From assembly GCA_977016875.1 (NCBI GenBank), contig CDRNST010000191.1, positions 1,054,001 to 1,118,000 on the forward strand: a DNA stretch of 64,000 nucleotides, given 5' to 3'. The notes below the pieces were generated by a model. That model was not told where the DNA came from. It worked only from the letters and a program-made list of their open reading frames with translations, and did not search any database. Below, one piece after another: positions 35,746-49,470 of the stretch. Origin of the DNA: Pavona decussata. Taxonomy: Eukaryota. Position 1 is the first letter of the stretch, and each line of letters opens with the position of its first letter. The position numbers and the translations under genes are program-made.

Positions 35746-37555
35746 TTTGTCTTCTCTCACTCCCTGGCGACCGTTTCCATCATGTTCGCTGGTGTGACAA
35801 CCTTGAAGCTCACCTCAAACCTTGATAAGGTTTGTAATAAGGTTTACATTTGCAAAATGCTTTACATCTGAGAGTGCTAAAATTCCTGAAAGGCTCCTTA
35901 GTTGCCAAGGTTGCTTCTGTCAACTGTAAAGCCGAAACTGATACTTGGCGTGCTTGTATATCAAGCAAATCGCGTGTGTACATGATTGATTAATTGGCTG
36001 AACATTTTACATAATCCTGTATTGTATGGAAATGATTGGAAGGCTGTTAGGTCAACCGTGCAGCTGATTGAGTCAGTCGAGCGAGAAGAAGACTCCAAAG
36101 ACGCTTAGCAACAAGCGATTTTTATAGGCAGTTCCGTGTGACCGCGCCCGGCTATCCATAAGAGAAAAGACGAACTGGAACGACTTTTGAATTTCAAACA
36201 ACGACCAACTCCGTGTTTGTTAAGTGGCTTGTTTGTGTTTTGCTTTTTCTTGCACTGCATGCAAGCTCCCGCGTTCGGCGTTATCTTTCTCTTTGTTTAA
36301 TGAACCATTTCTATTTTTGTGCTGTTAATTTTCTGTTCCTTTTGGGCGTGCAAACAACTGTAAATGCTACCCACCTCGAACAGCCCTTGCTAATTGTGGG
36401 TATGTAATATTGTAATTTGTCTTTTCTCATAATAAATTGTTGTTGTTGTTGTTGTTGAGAGGAATAAGGAGACTCACTGAGCCTGAGCTAGAGACAGATT
36501 CCCAGATAATCCGAAAAATCGCTTGTGTGGAACGACGCAAGAGCTCACCAAGCGAGAATATACTCTATCGGCTCAAATCAAGCGAGGGTGGGGGACCTCT
36601 CGTGCTCCTACTTTCCCCTCCCCCTCATCCCTGGATCTAATTGCCGAGGTAACGATTATCCTTCTCCTTCAGTCCAAAGTCAACTCGTTACTATGCTCCG
36701 AGGAAGCTACAACTGAATTCAAAAAATATGATTTTGTTCATGGGAACATCAAACTTTTATTAACACTCGTATCTAATGAATACTCTCAGTTGTAAAACAT
36801 GATGCTCATTACAAGCATGGTCCATGGTTTGGGTTTCACATGAAACTGCATGCGAGCGAAGAGAGTTAGCGACTGGGTTCAAACGCTGTACCAATTAGTA
36901 CGCAGTTGTTTGGTGCGGCGTCTAAGCACAACACGTCTTCTACTGACAGATTTCAGTTTTGCACGACAATATCTAAAGTACGGCAGAGCTTTCTGTATAA
37001 TACAACATATAGAAACGAAAACGTATTCATGGGTACGGCACATGAGACGGGAGAGCTTCTTATCGGTCTTGGCCCCGTGGTGATTTAACTCGAAGAAGTT
37101 CACGTTAACCCTGACTATTAGCTTAATCGGTCTTTGATTGAACAGTGTAACTGGGCCTTGGCTCGTACCCTTTTTACGGCTCGCGCGAAACCAATTTTTG
37201 AGAACCTGCTCCCTGGCTTGTAAAATGTGCATTCTCTTTTCTATCGATAATATAACTACTAGCAAGCACATTAAACTGAGATTGTGCGCACTGTTGGATT
37301 GAATATAGTGCGACATTGTCTGTTTACTACAAGCAATCACTGATCTGATGAAGTGCGTAATATAAGTGGATGTGACTGTGTCAGTGTGTGTGTGTTTGTT
37401 TCCACTGCCCTTTAGAATACACCCAACGCCCTGTATAGCCTCGAGTTTTGTTCACTTGTTTGTTTGACATCGCGGAAGTCATTCTCTGATGGTCTAGAGT
37501 GCTTCAGTTTCATTATGTCTTCACCATTCCAAAGAATCTAGAGAGAATGTTTGAA

Positions 37556-37761
37556 TTAACCTTCAGATCCCAAATATCGACATGCAGATTCTCGCCACTC
37601 AGGTAAGGCGGCGGCACAAAGTGGGGAGAATTTGTTTAAAAATCTCGAGATTTCATCTTTGGTGATCATTTCCTTTATTTTCATAACCTGTATGTTTGAT
37701 TAAATAGTAAGATTGTTTGGAGAAATTAGATGCTGGTCACTGTTGGGGCTTAAAGGATTAA
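37556..37761. mobile_element. Degraded TTAA-flanked MITE
   Basis: TTAACCTTCAGATCCC...GGGGCTTAAAGGATTAA; decayed piggyBac-like ends. Confidence 0.45.
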
Positions 37762-38422
37762 TGAACTGAGTGATTTTGACTCGAATTATCACACTACACA
37801 CTGTATACATATGCCGTACATGAGATACACTAAATCTAGATCTTATTGCACTCTAACTAATCAGCTCTTTCCACACTATGCAAGGGAATCACCGATATAA
37901 AGTTGATGTCTGTGACTGTTTGAATTCTAAGTATAGTTTTTCAATACTTTAAAAATACAAGGTAGTGATAATATAACGTAATAAATCATATCAGCGTAAA
38001 ACTAAAAATTTTATATAACAGGCAAGTGACGCTATAAAATGGACTTATACTGTAGGTATGCCAATACTGCGTCCTGTATTGCTTTTGTACATTTAGCTTT
38101 CTGGCGTTCATATGTCACAATTATTAACATCTACGACTGGTTATTTATGGCCATCGTATGGCAAAATACTACTTGAGAACTGATGTTCAACTAATTTCTG
38201 TAAACATCAGTTTCCCTTGTTGACGGTTAAGGATACTAAGGTGTGACTTCAATATCTACATCTGGTGTTTCCTTTTAGGCGAAATAAATACGGTCAGACA
38301 GTCAAACTCCACTGATATATTGACTATCGCAATAAATATCAATTCTACTGGTTACATTCTACTAAATATACATTCTATATTGTAAAGGCACTAGCCTCAT
38401 GAACTTTAAAAGTTATTCATGC

Positions 38423-41400
38423 TCAATTTACAGATTTCCTGGCTCTTCTGTATCTCCTAAGTGGTGACTGAATGTCGGGTGATACTTCTGGTGCCAAATC
38501 TTCCCGAACCATGTCCGAGTTATTGACGATGATCTCTGACGATGGTGCGCGAGCCGACGGTGACACCCCAATCGTCCTGTCACGCTCTTTTAAGTTCGTG
38601 TGTGAAGCTGACCTTGTACGTCTCTTCGATGAGCGAAGATACTTCGCATCCTCCGAAGATCTATCGATTGGTTGCCGAGTATAAGCATCCACCGTCGATC
38701 CGTCTGTATCAGTTGATGGAGCTGGCTCTTCATTTCGTCGGATAGCTTCGGTGTACCGATCGATCTTCCGAAGTGACTTTCCGAGCATACTTCGGAGGTT
38801 ACTTGCGTCTTCCTCGACAGCTTGTAAAGACTTTCCGAGCGACTGTCGAACTTCTCTAATTTCATCACTTTTAACAGCCGCCTTGTTCGTCTGCAGCATC
38901 TTTTCTTCTCGCTCATTTTCAAGTTCTTGTTTAAGGACTGAAACCTAAAAAAAAAAGTTAAAAAAAAAAAAATAAAAACAGCGTTTTGTGAGCCAGGATA
39001 GCTCCGGCTCATGTATGCAAATCACGTTGCAAAGTTATCTAATGTCTACAGGTGGTCCTCCAGTGTTTGGCCTTACAAATTATTTATGGTAACACTGATG
39101 GTAATGAAAGTGCTCCACGGACCGCACACTCGAAACTTGAACAAGTTGCCAGGCCAGGCACAAACAAACCCCCCCCCCCCCCCCCTCAAAAAAAAAAAAA
39201 AACTGTAGCCATCAGGAAGTGGCAAACATTTTCGCAAAGACAGTGGCAGTGACAGTGGTGGAAAAGTTCGTATGTCATAAATATGTCATCACAATCATTA
39301 TTATCAAACATTACCTGTTTCTCTAAAGCTTCCATCTTTGTTCTGTAGGCCCTCTCCCGTTTCTCCGTTGTTTTTTGTGCTTTCTCCAATGCCAAGTGCG
39401 ATCTTTTTGCTTCTTTCTCTAAATCTTGCTGTTGTTTCTCTGTAATCTCAAGCAGGCTGTAAAGAGACGAGAACCTCTTGTTGACACAGCCGGTAATGTT
39501 TCTTTAGAGTTTAAGTGCCAAAACAAAAAAAAAGTTTCTGATCGTTCACAATTTTGACCTACGAATATAACAAAATAGTGACGTGCTCCGAAAATGGTCG
39601 AGCAATTTTTTTCTGGCGGGAGGGAAGGAAGGAAAACGAGAAATGAAGAAATGAACGAATGACCGATAGCATGAGGGTGAGTGATGAGTGACTGTACGAG
39701 TGTGATAAAACAATAAAAAGTTTTACCTCTCAGTGTGTTTGACCTCTACTTCTTGTAGCGCTCTTTCCAGGGAGTCCACTTTTTCTTTTAATTCAATATT
39801 CTCCTTCGCTGCCTCGCTGAGTGTTCTGTTTAAAGCTTCTTTTTCTTGTTTTGACTCAAAGAATGATTCCTCGAACTCTAACCGCTCCCTTTGAAGTCTA
39901 TCCAAGGTCTTTTTAAGCGCCTGTACATCTTTTCCAATCCGCATGTTGCTTTTTTCTAAATCTCTTTTTTCCGCGTCAAATGAGGAGTTTACTTTATGCA
40001 ACGAATTGTTTTGGCTCTTCAAAGAGTTTGCTTCCTCCTCTAAATCATGCAATTTTGTAAGAAGTTCATCTTCGCGTTCTTGCCTCTGAATTAAAAGTGA
40101 TTTCACGTACTTAACCTGTTTTTCAAAATCGTTGATCCTCAACTGGGCGTCTTCCCGTGACTTCTCCAGGAAATTCACCTTTTCAGCCAAAGCGCGGTTT
40201 TCTCCTTTGCATTCTCTGACTGTCTCCTTAAGAGATTCCACCCTCTCTTGCTGTAACCTTTTGTCCCCTTCAGTACTTTCCAATGAACGCTGAAGCTGGC
40301 AAATGTGGTCCTGTAAATTCTGCGAGCTACTGTTACTCTCACTAAGAGAAGCCGAGAGTGCCTGCACTTTCTCCTTCAGTCGTGTTTCTTCCTCGTCTCC
40401 TTTTGAAACAGCACTGTTGAGCTTTTGTATGGCCAACTTTAAGTTGGAAATATTGTTTTCCGATTCTTGATTGGTCTTTAACAGACCACTCAGTCTTTCT
40501 CTTAATTTATTGTTTTCAGCCTCCATTTCGCTCTGTACACGTTTCTGCCTTTGTAATTCGCCGTCCATCCCTTTTAGTCGCAATTCATTCTTCGTCAAGT
40601 CTCCTGAAGATGCCTCTAGTTGGCTCCGTAATGCGTGCTTCTCACTTTTCAGCCTCTTCTCTGTCTCCTGAAGCTCTGTTATCTTTTCATGTTGCTGCTT
40701 TCGTTCGGTCTCTGACAGACCCAGGGTTCCTTCCAACATTTGCAGCTTTTCAACCAGTGCGTTTCGTTCTCGCTCAACTTTTTGGATTGCCTCTTCCTGA
40801 AAACAAGTCACCCAACATGTGTGAAAACTTAGTTTCTTTCTTTGTCATGAAAAGTGTAAGTTACTAAGAGAACATCTCCGTCATTCAAACGATCGCAGCC
40901 ACTAAAAGTCTAGAGCGAGTGAGGAAATCAAATATTGAAACTGGGAAGAAACGCTAAACAATTTCCGCTCCTCGATCATACGGTCGCCCTGATCTCACTC
41001 ACGCGCGAGAATCCACGCTATTGACGTGCGAGACTTCGCTTTTGGTGATATGTGTCTCCTCCAATGAAATTTCAGAAGAGAAAATCGCTTTTTTACGGTC
41101 TAAAAATGATAATGATTGACTCTTGTAAAAGTCATTTTTGCGGCTATTAAGGAAACGTGAGTCTGGATCGCGTGTGAGTCTAAAACAATCACAATGGCGA
41201 AGTCAAAGTCTAAATTGAAGGAGAATATTGGTATGCATCGGTTTGCTCGAAGATATTTTCTTGTCGAAAAGCCACTTCTAATGACTTATTCTGTACTAAA
41301 GTAAAGACTAAATATTCAAAACGACTGACACGGAGAAATTCAGTACTAAGCCAGTAGGAGTAGACACACCCCCAAGGATCTGATCATGCTCCAAGCTTTC

Positions 41401-44400
41401 CGGAAATATCTCACAGTGACAAAAAATAACAATAAATAACGCCCATTTCGTACCTGTAATGTAAGCGCCGTCTCAGCGCTGTTCAGTCTGTCCTCTAGCA
41501 GTCGTTTCTGATCTCTCAGTTGGTTCATTTCCTGATGAACGGCTCGGAGTTTTCCATCCAGCTCCGCTCTTTCTTCTTCCAAATGACCCACAGCATTCTG
41601 TAGGCTGTCCACTTTCACCAGGCTTTCCTCTTTCTTTCTTTCTGATTCTCTCAGGTTCTGCAGAAGCTCTGACAATGATGCTTTCACGGCATCTGGATCA
41701 ATGTCATCGGAGTCCTCTGTAAAATAAAAAAAAGAACAAGAATCAGCGTATGAAGTTCTTGCGAATACTTTACTTAACAAAGAAAGTAAACCGAAATCTC
41801 AGTTGTTATTCCTTGATATATAGTCTTTCAAAGAAGCAAAGTAAAGGAAAATATAATGGGTATGTGAGGCCTACATCGAATGTTATTTGAAAGCTACCGA
41901 ACGATGCCTCTAATAGATCATGTTCAGCTAGTACCAAAGAAGAAAGCCATGGCATTGGCATAAATTAACATAAACAAGTTCTTAGTGCACTGTATTGATT
42001 CTTACTGATATTTCTACAGTAAACAAGAATTCGGAAAAAATGAATATGGGTTGTGATCAATATCATCGATAAGACGGGCTTACAATTCCATGCTTTTGAT
42101 TAGCGCATCTTTACATTACAAATCTACCAAATACGACAAGTTAAGGTATTACGTGCCAGCTCACATTCTAAGAGCTCAAAGGTGTACTTGTAGGTATTCA
42201 AATTATGTTCTGATCATATCGTTGAATAATAGAGTGGACCACCAAATGGTAATGTAATAGGGACAAATAAGATAGTCCAAATAAAACTAAGATAACAATG
42301 TTTCAATCAGAGCTAAACCCGGCGACGATGAAAACTAAGAAAAAGTCTTAAAATGTGTAGAAAATGTACGTTTTCGTGCAAATGAATGCGGAAGAAACGT
42401 TTCAAGTCCTGGTGGAAGAAACGCACATGACAACATGGTGTCAACAGAAGCCACTTGGAAATGGGTACTGTGGAGATCAACGAAGTTGCGATTGATTCTA
42501 ATTGTGTTCTCATGAAAAGCTACAAAAAAAAGTTTCAACAAAACGTTTGAGGAAGGGAGGGGTTAAAGCCACGTAGGTAGTGGGTCCGGTGACTGGGGTC
42601 AAAACATTGTTTCAAACCATGTTGTATGCTTCAAAAGTAACAGAACATGTTAACCCTTTAACCCCTAAGGGAAAACGATCCAAGTCTACAAACTCAATGT
42701 CTATCTATGATATACCATTTTAAAGCTACTTATGAGTGTATTTCATAACTGATATAATTATGAATGATATGAGAAAAGTTATGGCTTTGAGATAAATGGC
42801 CTTAAAACGTAAAAATTTAAAACTACTTAAACGTCCCAATCCTTGTGCATATTAGGTATACCCCTAAACTATAGCTTATTTTGCAGGTCTCAACATCTTC
42901 ATTGATGTGAGAGATGTCTTAAGACCCACAACTTCTAGGGGAAAAAAGTTGAAAAGTTATGGGGGTGGTCAACCATATCACATATGGGAGGGGGTTAAGT
43001 TTTTATCCTTTTAATGAGTAGATCTTCACAAGACCATCTTGGTGTGAAAGATTCATAGAAATCTGTCAAATATTGACAGAGTTGTGTCATTATGTGCAAA
43101 ATGGCACTCTTAGGGATTAAAGGGTTAAGGACCGTTTTTACTGGTCTAACCTGAATTGGATCTCGTTCTCCCTCGGTTGGGTCTTTTATTCTTCTTCGGA
43201 CTTTCCTCGTCTGGACTCGGAGGAGGGTGAGAATGCGACCGCAAGCCAAGGGATCTTCGGAGGATTGAGTATAGGCTGGACAGCTTGAATTCACAATCAT
43301 TTTTCATGGCCTCCATTCGAGCGATTTGTGACTCCAGAGCACTGATTCTCCCGTCATTTCCAGATAGCTGGGCTTTGTAATTTTCTCGATCGAATGTCGT
43401 TTGTTCCAGAAGATTCTCCATTTCCCTCATCTTGTTTTTCGCCTTTTGTTCAAATTCTTTGTACTCCTCTAGCTGGGCTTGATAGTCTTTTTCCCGGCTG
43501 GCAAACGTGTCTTCGGTTTCTTTGATTCTTTCAAAATGCAAATGAAATGAAAATAATAACATTCAACGCCAAGTTCTAAACACAGTTTACTTCAGTACAA
43601 AGAGTATTTCACAGATAAAGCCTTACATAGCAGTTTCACTTTCTCAGAGAAAAATTCCTGGACGAGAAACATAGAAATTTTTTTCATGGGGACCTTGAGG
43701 CTTCCCTTTGCATAAAACCGCCTTTCATCGCTCCCAGCACCTGAGGACACTGGAACGAGAGAGCTTTAAACTCAAGGTGCGCTGTTTGTGTCATAAACTT
43801 TCGAGACAAACATAAAAGTCAAGTCAAACTGAGAACTCTTGAAAACTTGACACCTCTTCGTCTACGGGGAGAAATAAAATCACTTATGGAGCCGAAAGTC
43901 GACATGTGCAAGTAACTTCCATGGGCGTCGAGATTTCTGTTCGACACTAGTTTCGGCCTTTGTCGACATTTGGAGCGCGCTTCTTACACAAACCGCTCAA
44001 CAATTATACTTACAATTATAATTACAGTATACTGTTCGCAGCCTGTTAGTTCATTCTCACCTTCTTTGCAGTTTTGCCACATTATGTTTTGCCTCCTCCT
44101 TCTCACTTTCAACATGCAATATGCTCTGCTTCAAATTGTACGCTTCGTGTCGTACTTCCTCGCGCAAAGCTTCTTCACGTGATAACCTCTCCTGCAGATC
44201 CGCCACTTCACGTTTTCCTAGCAAGCACTCGCTGCTCAAGATTTTCACTTGACGCAGGGCCTCTTGAAGTTCCCGCCGAATCTCCGCGCGCTCCGCTTCA
44301 AATTCATTCAGTCTGCTCCGAAGATCGTTCGCTTCTCCGGTAATGCTTGCTCGGCTGTCTTCGCAAACTCGGAACTTGTTTTCCAGTTCGTCGAGTTTTC

Positions 44401-47400
44401 GCTTCGTTTCAGTTCTCTCACTTTCAGTTTCTTTCACCTTCTCACGAAGCTCTTCACAAGTTTTTTGCAGTGCACCCTTTTCAATCTGCTCGTCTTTTAT
44501 CTGCCTCCTTAAAGCTAAGTTTTCTTTCCTTTGTGTCTCTGTCGCTTCATCGCTTTCCCGCATTTTCCTGTGTGCGTCCATTAGATCCCGTCGCACGTTG
44601 TCACGTGTTTCTTCTGCCATGTTGAGCTGCATTTTGAGGGCTTTGATTTCGCGTTCAGCATTGTCGCGATTTTTAATTGCCTCTAGAAGTTGATCCTTGG
44701 TAGCGTTTCCATTCTGGAAATGTGTCGGGGAACTGAAATGGTAATTATATTGCTTGTTATTGCAATAACTAAAGAGTGTATATAGAGAACAAGCTATGCA
44801 AACTTGAAGTCGAATGCATTAGGAAGAAACAGAACTCTAACAATAACGTAAAGCAATTATTTTAAACTTGAAACAAATCTGTACGATGACGTGCGTGGAG
44901 TTGCTCATGACGTTTCATCGTTCTAACTACGTCATGTAATCAAAACAAATTATACACACCTCATTCTTTCTTCACTTAGTCGCCTTGAGTATTCCTTTCA
45001 AACAAAGAGACAGGTATGAGCCAAATGCGCGCTTCAATTTATCAGTCAATCAAGGTATTACAACAAACATACACCAGTACGACAATCTACTTGATCTAAC
45101 TCTGCCTCATTTCCTGGATGGCGCATGCGCCTGACGGCGGATTGCGCATGCTTGTGTCACTGACTGTCTGCTGCTGCCGAATGACAGCAAAACTGTGAAC
45201 AGTCAACAAACCACAGTATTTTCACAGGTCAGCATTTATCTGAAGTCATGCATTTCGAATAGGTATTGACGTTATTATAGTCTTAAAGGCCCACCTTCAA
45301 CCAATAGGTCACTTGGTGCGCGCGTTATATTGTTTACAACCGCTCCTTTTGTTTAGTTGCTTGATTTAGCAAAAAACACCCTCGGAGACCGAGCGGCAGT
45401 CAGTCGAGGGGCGGGGGAAATGGCGCGACAAAAGTTTTCAGTCTCCCGACTGACTGCCGCTAGTTCTAGCTAGTGAGCGAAAGATATTGGATGGTTGGTT
45501 CGCATTTCTGAGTTTGGTCTGAAAGTCTGAAAAAGGGTATCAACTCTGGAGACCATTGAATATGGTATGCATCTAGATGCCAGGTCTGATAAAAGACACC
45601 GGAATATTACATATTTTGGTTTGGACTAGGATCAGAGTTTGGAGAACCGTGCCGCTCACAGACCCAACCAAAACTTCCAAAGAGTACGCGGAACAGTTGA
45701 AGTGCTCGACATTACCGGCATAGTTTTAGTCAGTACACTTAAATCTTATCGCTGTCTAAGGTAGTAAACATTTCTATTAGGACCTTCTTAGTCATTATAG
45801 AAGTTGGCACGAACAAAACCTAACAACAGTCGACACGAGGGTAGCTCATTATCGCTGTTCTAAATAGCGCAGATCCGGTCCATCGCACTGTTATGGTCTA
45901 TCATGACGTTATGATAACTTGAAATGGAAGAAAATGTTCTTACAAGTTTATGAACCTATCATTCTCAAGGCGGCTCCAGAGTAAACGAATTTTAAAAAAA
46001 GATAACCTGATCGGAGACTGGACAATTTTCAAAAACGACACCCCGGCGCGCAAAGCCTTTTGGGTGAAGGTGATCTCAGCTCACTGTCTCCTACTCCAAA
46101 TAAAACCGACGTAAAAAGCTACTGTCAAATATATGAATAAACTTCTCACGTAGCTTAATTGATTCTGTACAATCGTTTGGAGTTCTCCTTAATTTCTAGA
46201 TCTGAGAGGACCCCTTTGTCATACATGTTTTTACTCCTTGTTATAAATAAAGCTCAGTACTTCCAGCCGTTGCCATCGTGCCTAGCCATGCGCATCTACT
46301 CATAACAGTTTGCGATCAATATATAGATATATGCATTGTAAAAGAGATATCTACCTTCTTGATTTGATGCATAAAATGAGGAAACGTAATTGGACTCACA
46401 TTCTTAGGTATGTGTGTATTAAAGACAACATTTTCTTACTTAACTGCATTTGTGAGTTCTATAACTTCAACTTTTAACAGTCCAGTAAGAAAAATAATGG
46501 CGCCGAAATTGCATTGTCTGAAAATTTGACAAGATTTGCATATAGCAGTTTTTGTAATGTTCAACTACTTACTCACCTCACACAGCACTTTCATGGAATA
46601 CGCACATGAAGTCAAACCACTCGTAACTTTAGCCGCGAATTATTTTCTAAAGAACTCATTTCAAGGTTCAGCAATTCGTTTTACGAGAACGCGTCCATGA
46701 TATATATGACCGTTCCAATATGTAAATTAAACCGGGGCAATGTTTTGTTTTTCTTTGTTATATACGTCATAAGAGCTTAATCTTGAAAAGGACTCAGAAA
46801 GTTTGAATTTGTTTAGAGAACAAAAAATAAAGAAAGCGGCAAACTTAAAGGCTTTAATAACGATACAAACAACGTTTAGATTTCTGCATTTTGAATGTGG
46901 AAAGGTTATACTATGGTGTTGTTATTCCTTAGGTAAAGTTCTGTAATAACTATTTTTGTATGTAGGAAATACTACGAGATTAGGCTCGGTATTGGAGTGA
47001 TATGTATTTCATATGAACCATTGAGTAAACACGGAGGTCCTTGCACAAACAACTTAAACAGTGGACAAATTAACAAGTAAAGTATTATGAACTGGAAGGA
47101 GACGAGAGTTTTTGTCTGACGCGAGAAGCATTCGAACAATGAAAGAATTGTCCAAATTCAGAAACTTGTTAAAACCATACTTCGTATAAATACACATTGC
47201 CTGACTATACAAGTGGCTTCTGCAAATCTATATCGGATGTCATAGAGGTTACCCACACACAAAATCAATTTTGGAAAAAAGAGTATGAAAGAGTATGACC
47301 GGACATATAGTCTGTTGATAACTTTGAAGCTCAACGCAGGCGGAAATTAGATTTTGCATATAAAGCGGAAAATATACATCCTTCTACTACGTTGGTTAAA

Positions 47401-47589
47401 AACCAACATGAGGCAACAAGAAGCCATCCAGCGGATGGGAGCAGCATTCTCATTGGCTAGTTAATATTACTTTACCTTAATCCTATCGTTTTCTCTTTGT
47501 AGCCTTACAATTTCTTGCTCCGCTCGAAACGCTTCTGCACTGTGATGACCGTTTTGGATCGTTCCAGGCGAAATCGCTAAGTCCGACAT
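38423..47589 (-). CDS. Rootletin-like (CROCC family) coiled-coil protein, ~1064 aa, 8 coding exons, C-terminal-half type
   Basis: Phase-consistent GT-AG exons: 47589-47476, 44994-44960, 44732-44061, 43527-43151, 41716-41454, 40796-39727, 39456-39315, 38944-38423 (3195 nt). Long coiled coil with rootletin-like motifs KLSSLYSILRRSLG, DIDPDAVKASL and RERAYRTKMEALEKQV. Confidence 0.82.
42654..43124. mobile_element. piggyBac-like MITE in a rootletin-like intron
   Basis: TTAA-CCCTTTAACCCCTAAG...CTTAGGGATTAAAGGG-TTAA (TIR 15/16, TTAA TSD). Confidence 0.85.
45121..45151. promoter_or_regulatory. Paired NRF1-like motifs (possible internal promoter or enhancer)
   Basis: GCGCATGCGC at 45121-45130 and TGCGCATGC at 45143-45151, ~130 bp upstream of the 35-nt exon. 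Confidence 0.35.
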
Positions 47590-49289
47590 TCCGCTTGTGT
47601 GGCAAGGTCAGCTTCACGCTAGAAATACAAAGAATAAAAATTTGTCAGTGTTGGCAGCTGATAGATATATTTTCGATTATATTTACCTCAAATTTCTCTG
47701 GATACAAGCTGTCCTTCTTGTCTTGCGCAGTGGCTCAAAAGCCTTACCAAAACACAAGTCTGGTATATATTTCAAAACTCGAGATAAACCTCAATTATCC
47801 CGCCGTATGACATAGTTTTGCTTTCATGTTCGCAATTCCGTTAAAATTTAAATAAGTTCATGAACGACGCGCTGAATGTATTCTGAATTCAAATTAATTC
47901 ATAAATATGCCCTCGAAGGTGAAACACTCAAATGACCTTTGTGTTAACAGCCAATTAGACGCCACAAAATTCAAAAGCCATACAAAGATTTTGCCCATAG
48001 TGATTGAAAAGCAGACGGCACGGTAAGTGGTAATAATGATTGCGTGGATATGAATTCACGCTTGAAAGACGTAAATTATTATTATTTACAAGGTTGTCAT
48101 AAAGAGTTTTATTTTGGTCGCGCGAGTAAGCCTTTCACGCGAAATATGACCTTGTTTGAAATAATGAGCAAAGAATTGGCGCCAAAACACCAAGCACATT
48201 TGCGCAAGCTTGAAGTTTTCAACAAGCTAAACTTTTTATTTCACTGAACATAAATCGCTGCTTTTTGTGGAATACTTTTTTATTTATAAACTGCTTATGC
48301 ATTTGATATTTGTTGTAAAATTGGCATGATATAATGTTTGGGTAGATAACGAGTAAGCGGCAATGACAAATTTTTACCAGCGTTAAAGGGTTGCGCTTAT
48401 CGCGAAAATACCTAGATTACTATAAGCTTGTTTCATCTAGAGTTACCAAAGTCTGTTAGGATTAAATATACAACGACACGCTTCGATCTTCTCTCGTGTG
48501 TTTTTGCAATAAAAAGCAACAATTATCTTTTAACGGTGGCAAGGAGCTTAGAAAAGTATTTTCTAAGACGATCTATAATTGAGCGATATTCACTGATTAT
48601 ATTCCGTGACAGTGATGACAACTGAAGTTAACAAAATGTTAAAAACCCGTAAACGTACCTGTTGAGTGCCCAAACACTGGAACGCCGTGCAATAAATGTC
48701 GTATTTTAGGATGCAATCAAAACAATTCTGTTTGCGTCCATTGCAACAATAGCATGAAAAGTTGGGAGGTGAAGTACAATTTTCTGGCGTTTGCGATGCA
48801 GCTTGGCTTTAAATTACCTGCTTTGTAGCCACACCAATATTTGTACAACTGAATTAGACAACAGTGCGCGCGAAGCTTACAAAAATCGACGATTTTAAAT
48901 AAGTATGCAAGCAATGACCGGGGATGATAACTGTTTTCGTTTTCAAAGGAAAAATTGACCAGTAGATTAGAAAATTAATCGGGAACTTAAAAGCTTATGA
49001 AACAAATTAATGGTTAAAATTATACACAGGAAGGCAGGTCTTAATTGCGCGTCGTTTTTGATGGAAATGAAGTGCAGGCAGCTTGTGAGAGCACCTGCTT
49101 TATGTAAATATATCAGGAATTTTGTAAAAGGCATCGCTAATTTCACTCCACACAATGAATAAAATTACTTTGTCATAGAATTTCTGCGTTCGTTTCTTTA
49201 TCAGTCAGTAAACTGTTTTCGGCTAAACTGACAGGTTAGTTATAATGAACAAAATGGACATTCTTCTCGGGGGCCGAGAGCAGGCATGG

Positions 49290-49470
49290 CTATTCCGGGC
49301 GTTGACGCCATACGTGGGCTGAGTTATTGTTGGTTCTTGTTCCTGCTCTGAGAGGTTTTTCTCCGGGACCTCCGGTTTTCCTCCCTCCACAAAAACCAGC
49401 ATTTCCACATTCCAATTGTACCCGCAGTGGATAAAGAGCCACTATGTTGGATGTGCCACTGGAATTTTCT
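49290..49470 (+). mobile_element. SINE fragment with a V-SINE-like core
   Basis: TGGGCTGAGTT..GTTGGTTCT..CTGCTCTGAGAGGTTTTTCTCCGGGACCTCCGGTTTTCCTCCCTCCACAAAAACC. Confidence 0.65.

Noticed and set aside
36879-37340. 153-aa minus-strand ORF
   Set aside because: Non-ATG start in the track, no motifs, and overlapping ORFs on both strands. It cannot be supported, though it is not excluded.
45380-45462. Hairpin AGCGGCAGTCAGTCG...CGACTGACTGCCGCT as a structured ncRNA
   Set aside because: More simply explained as a short degenerate MITE-type inverted repeat; no evidence for an RNA gene.
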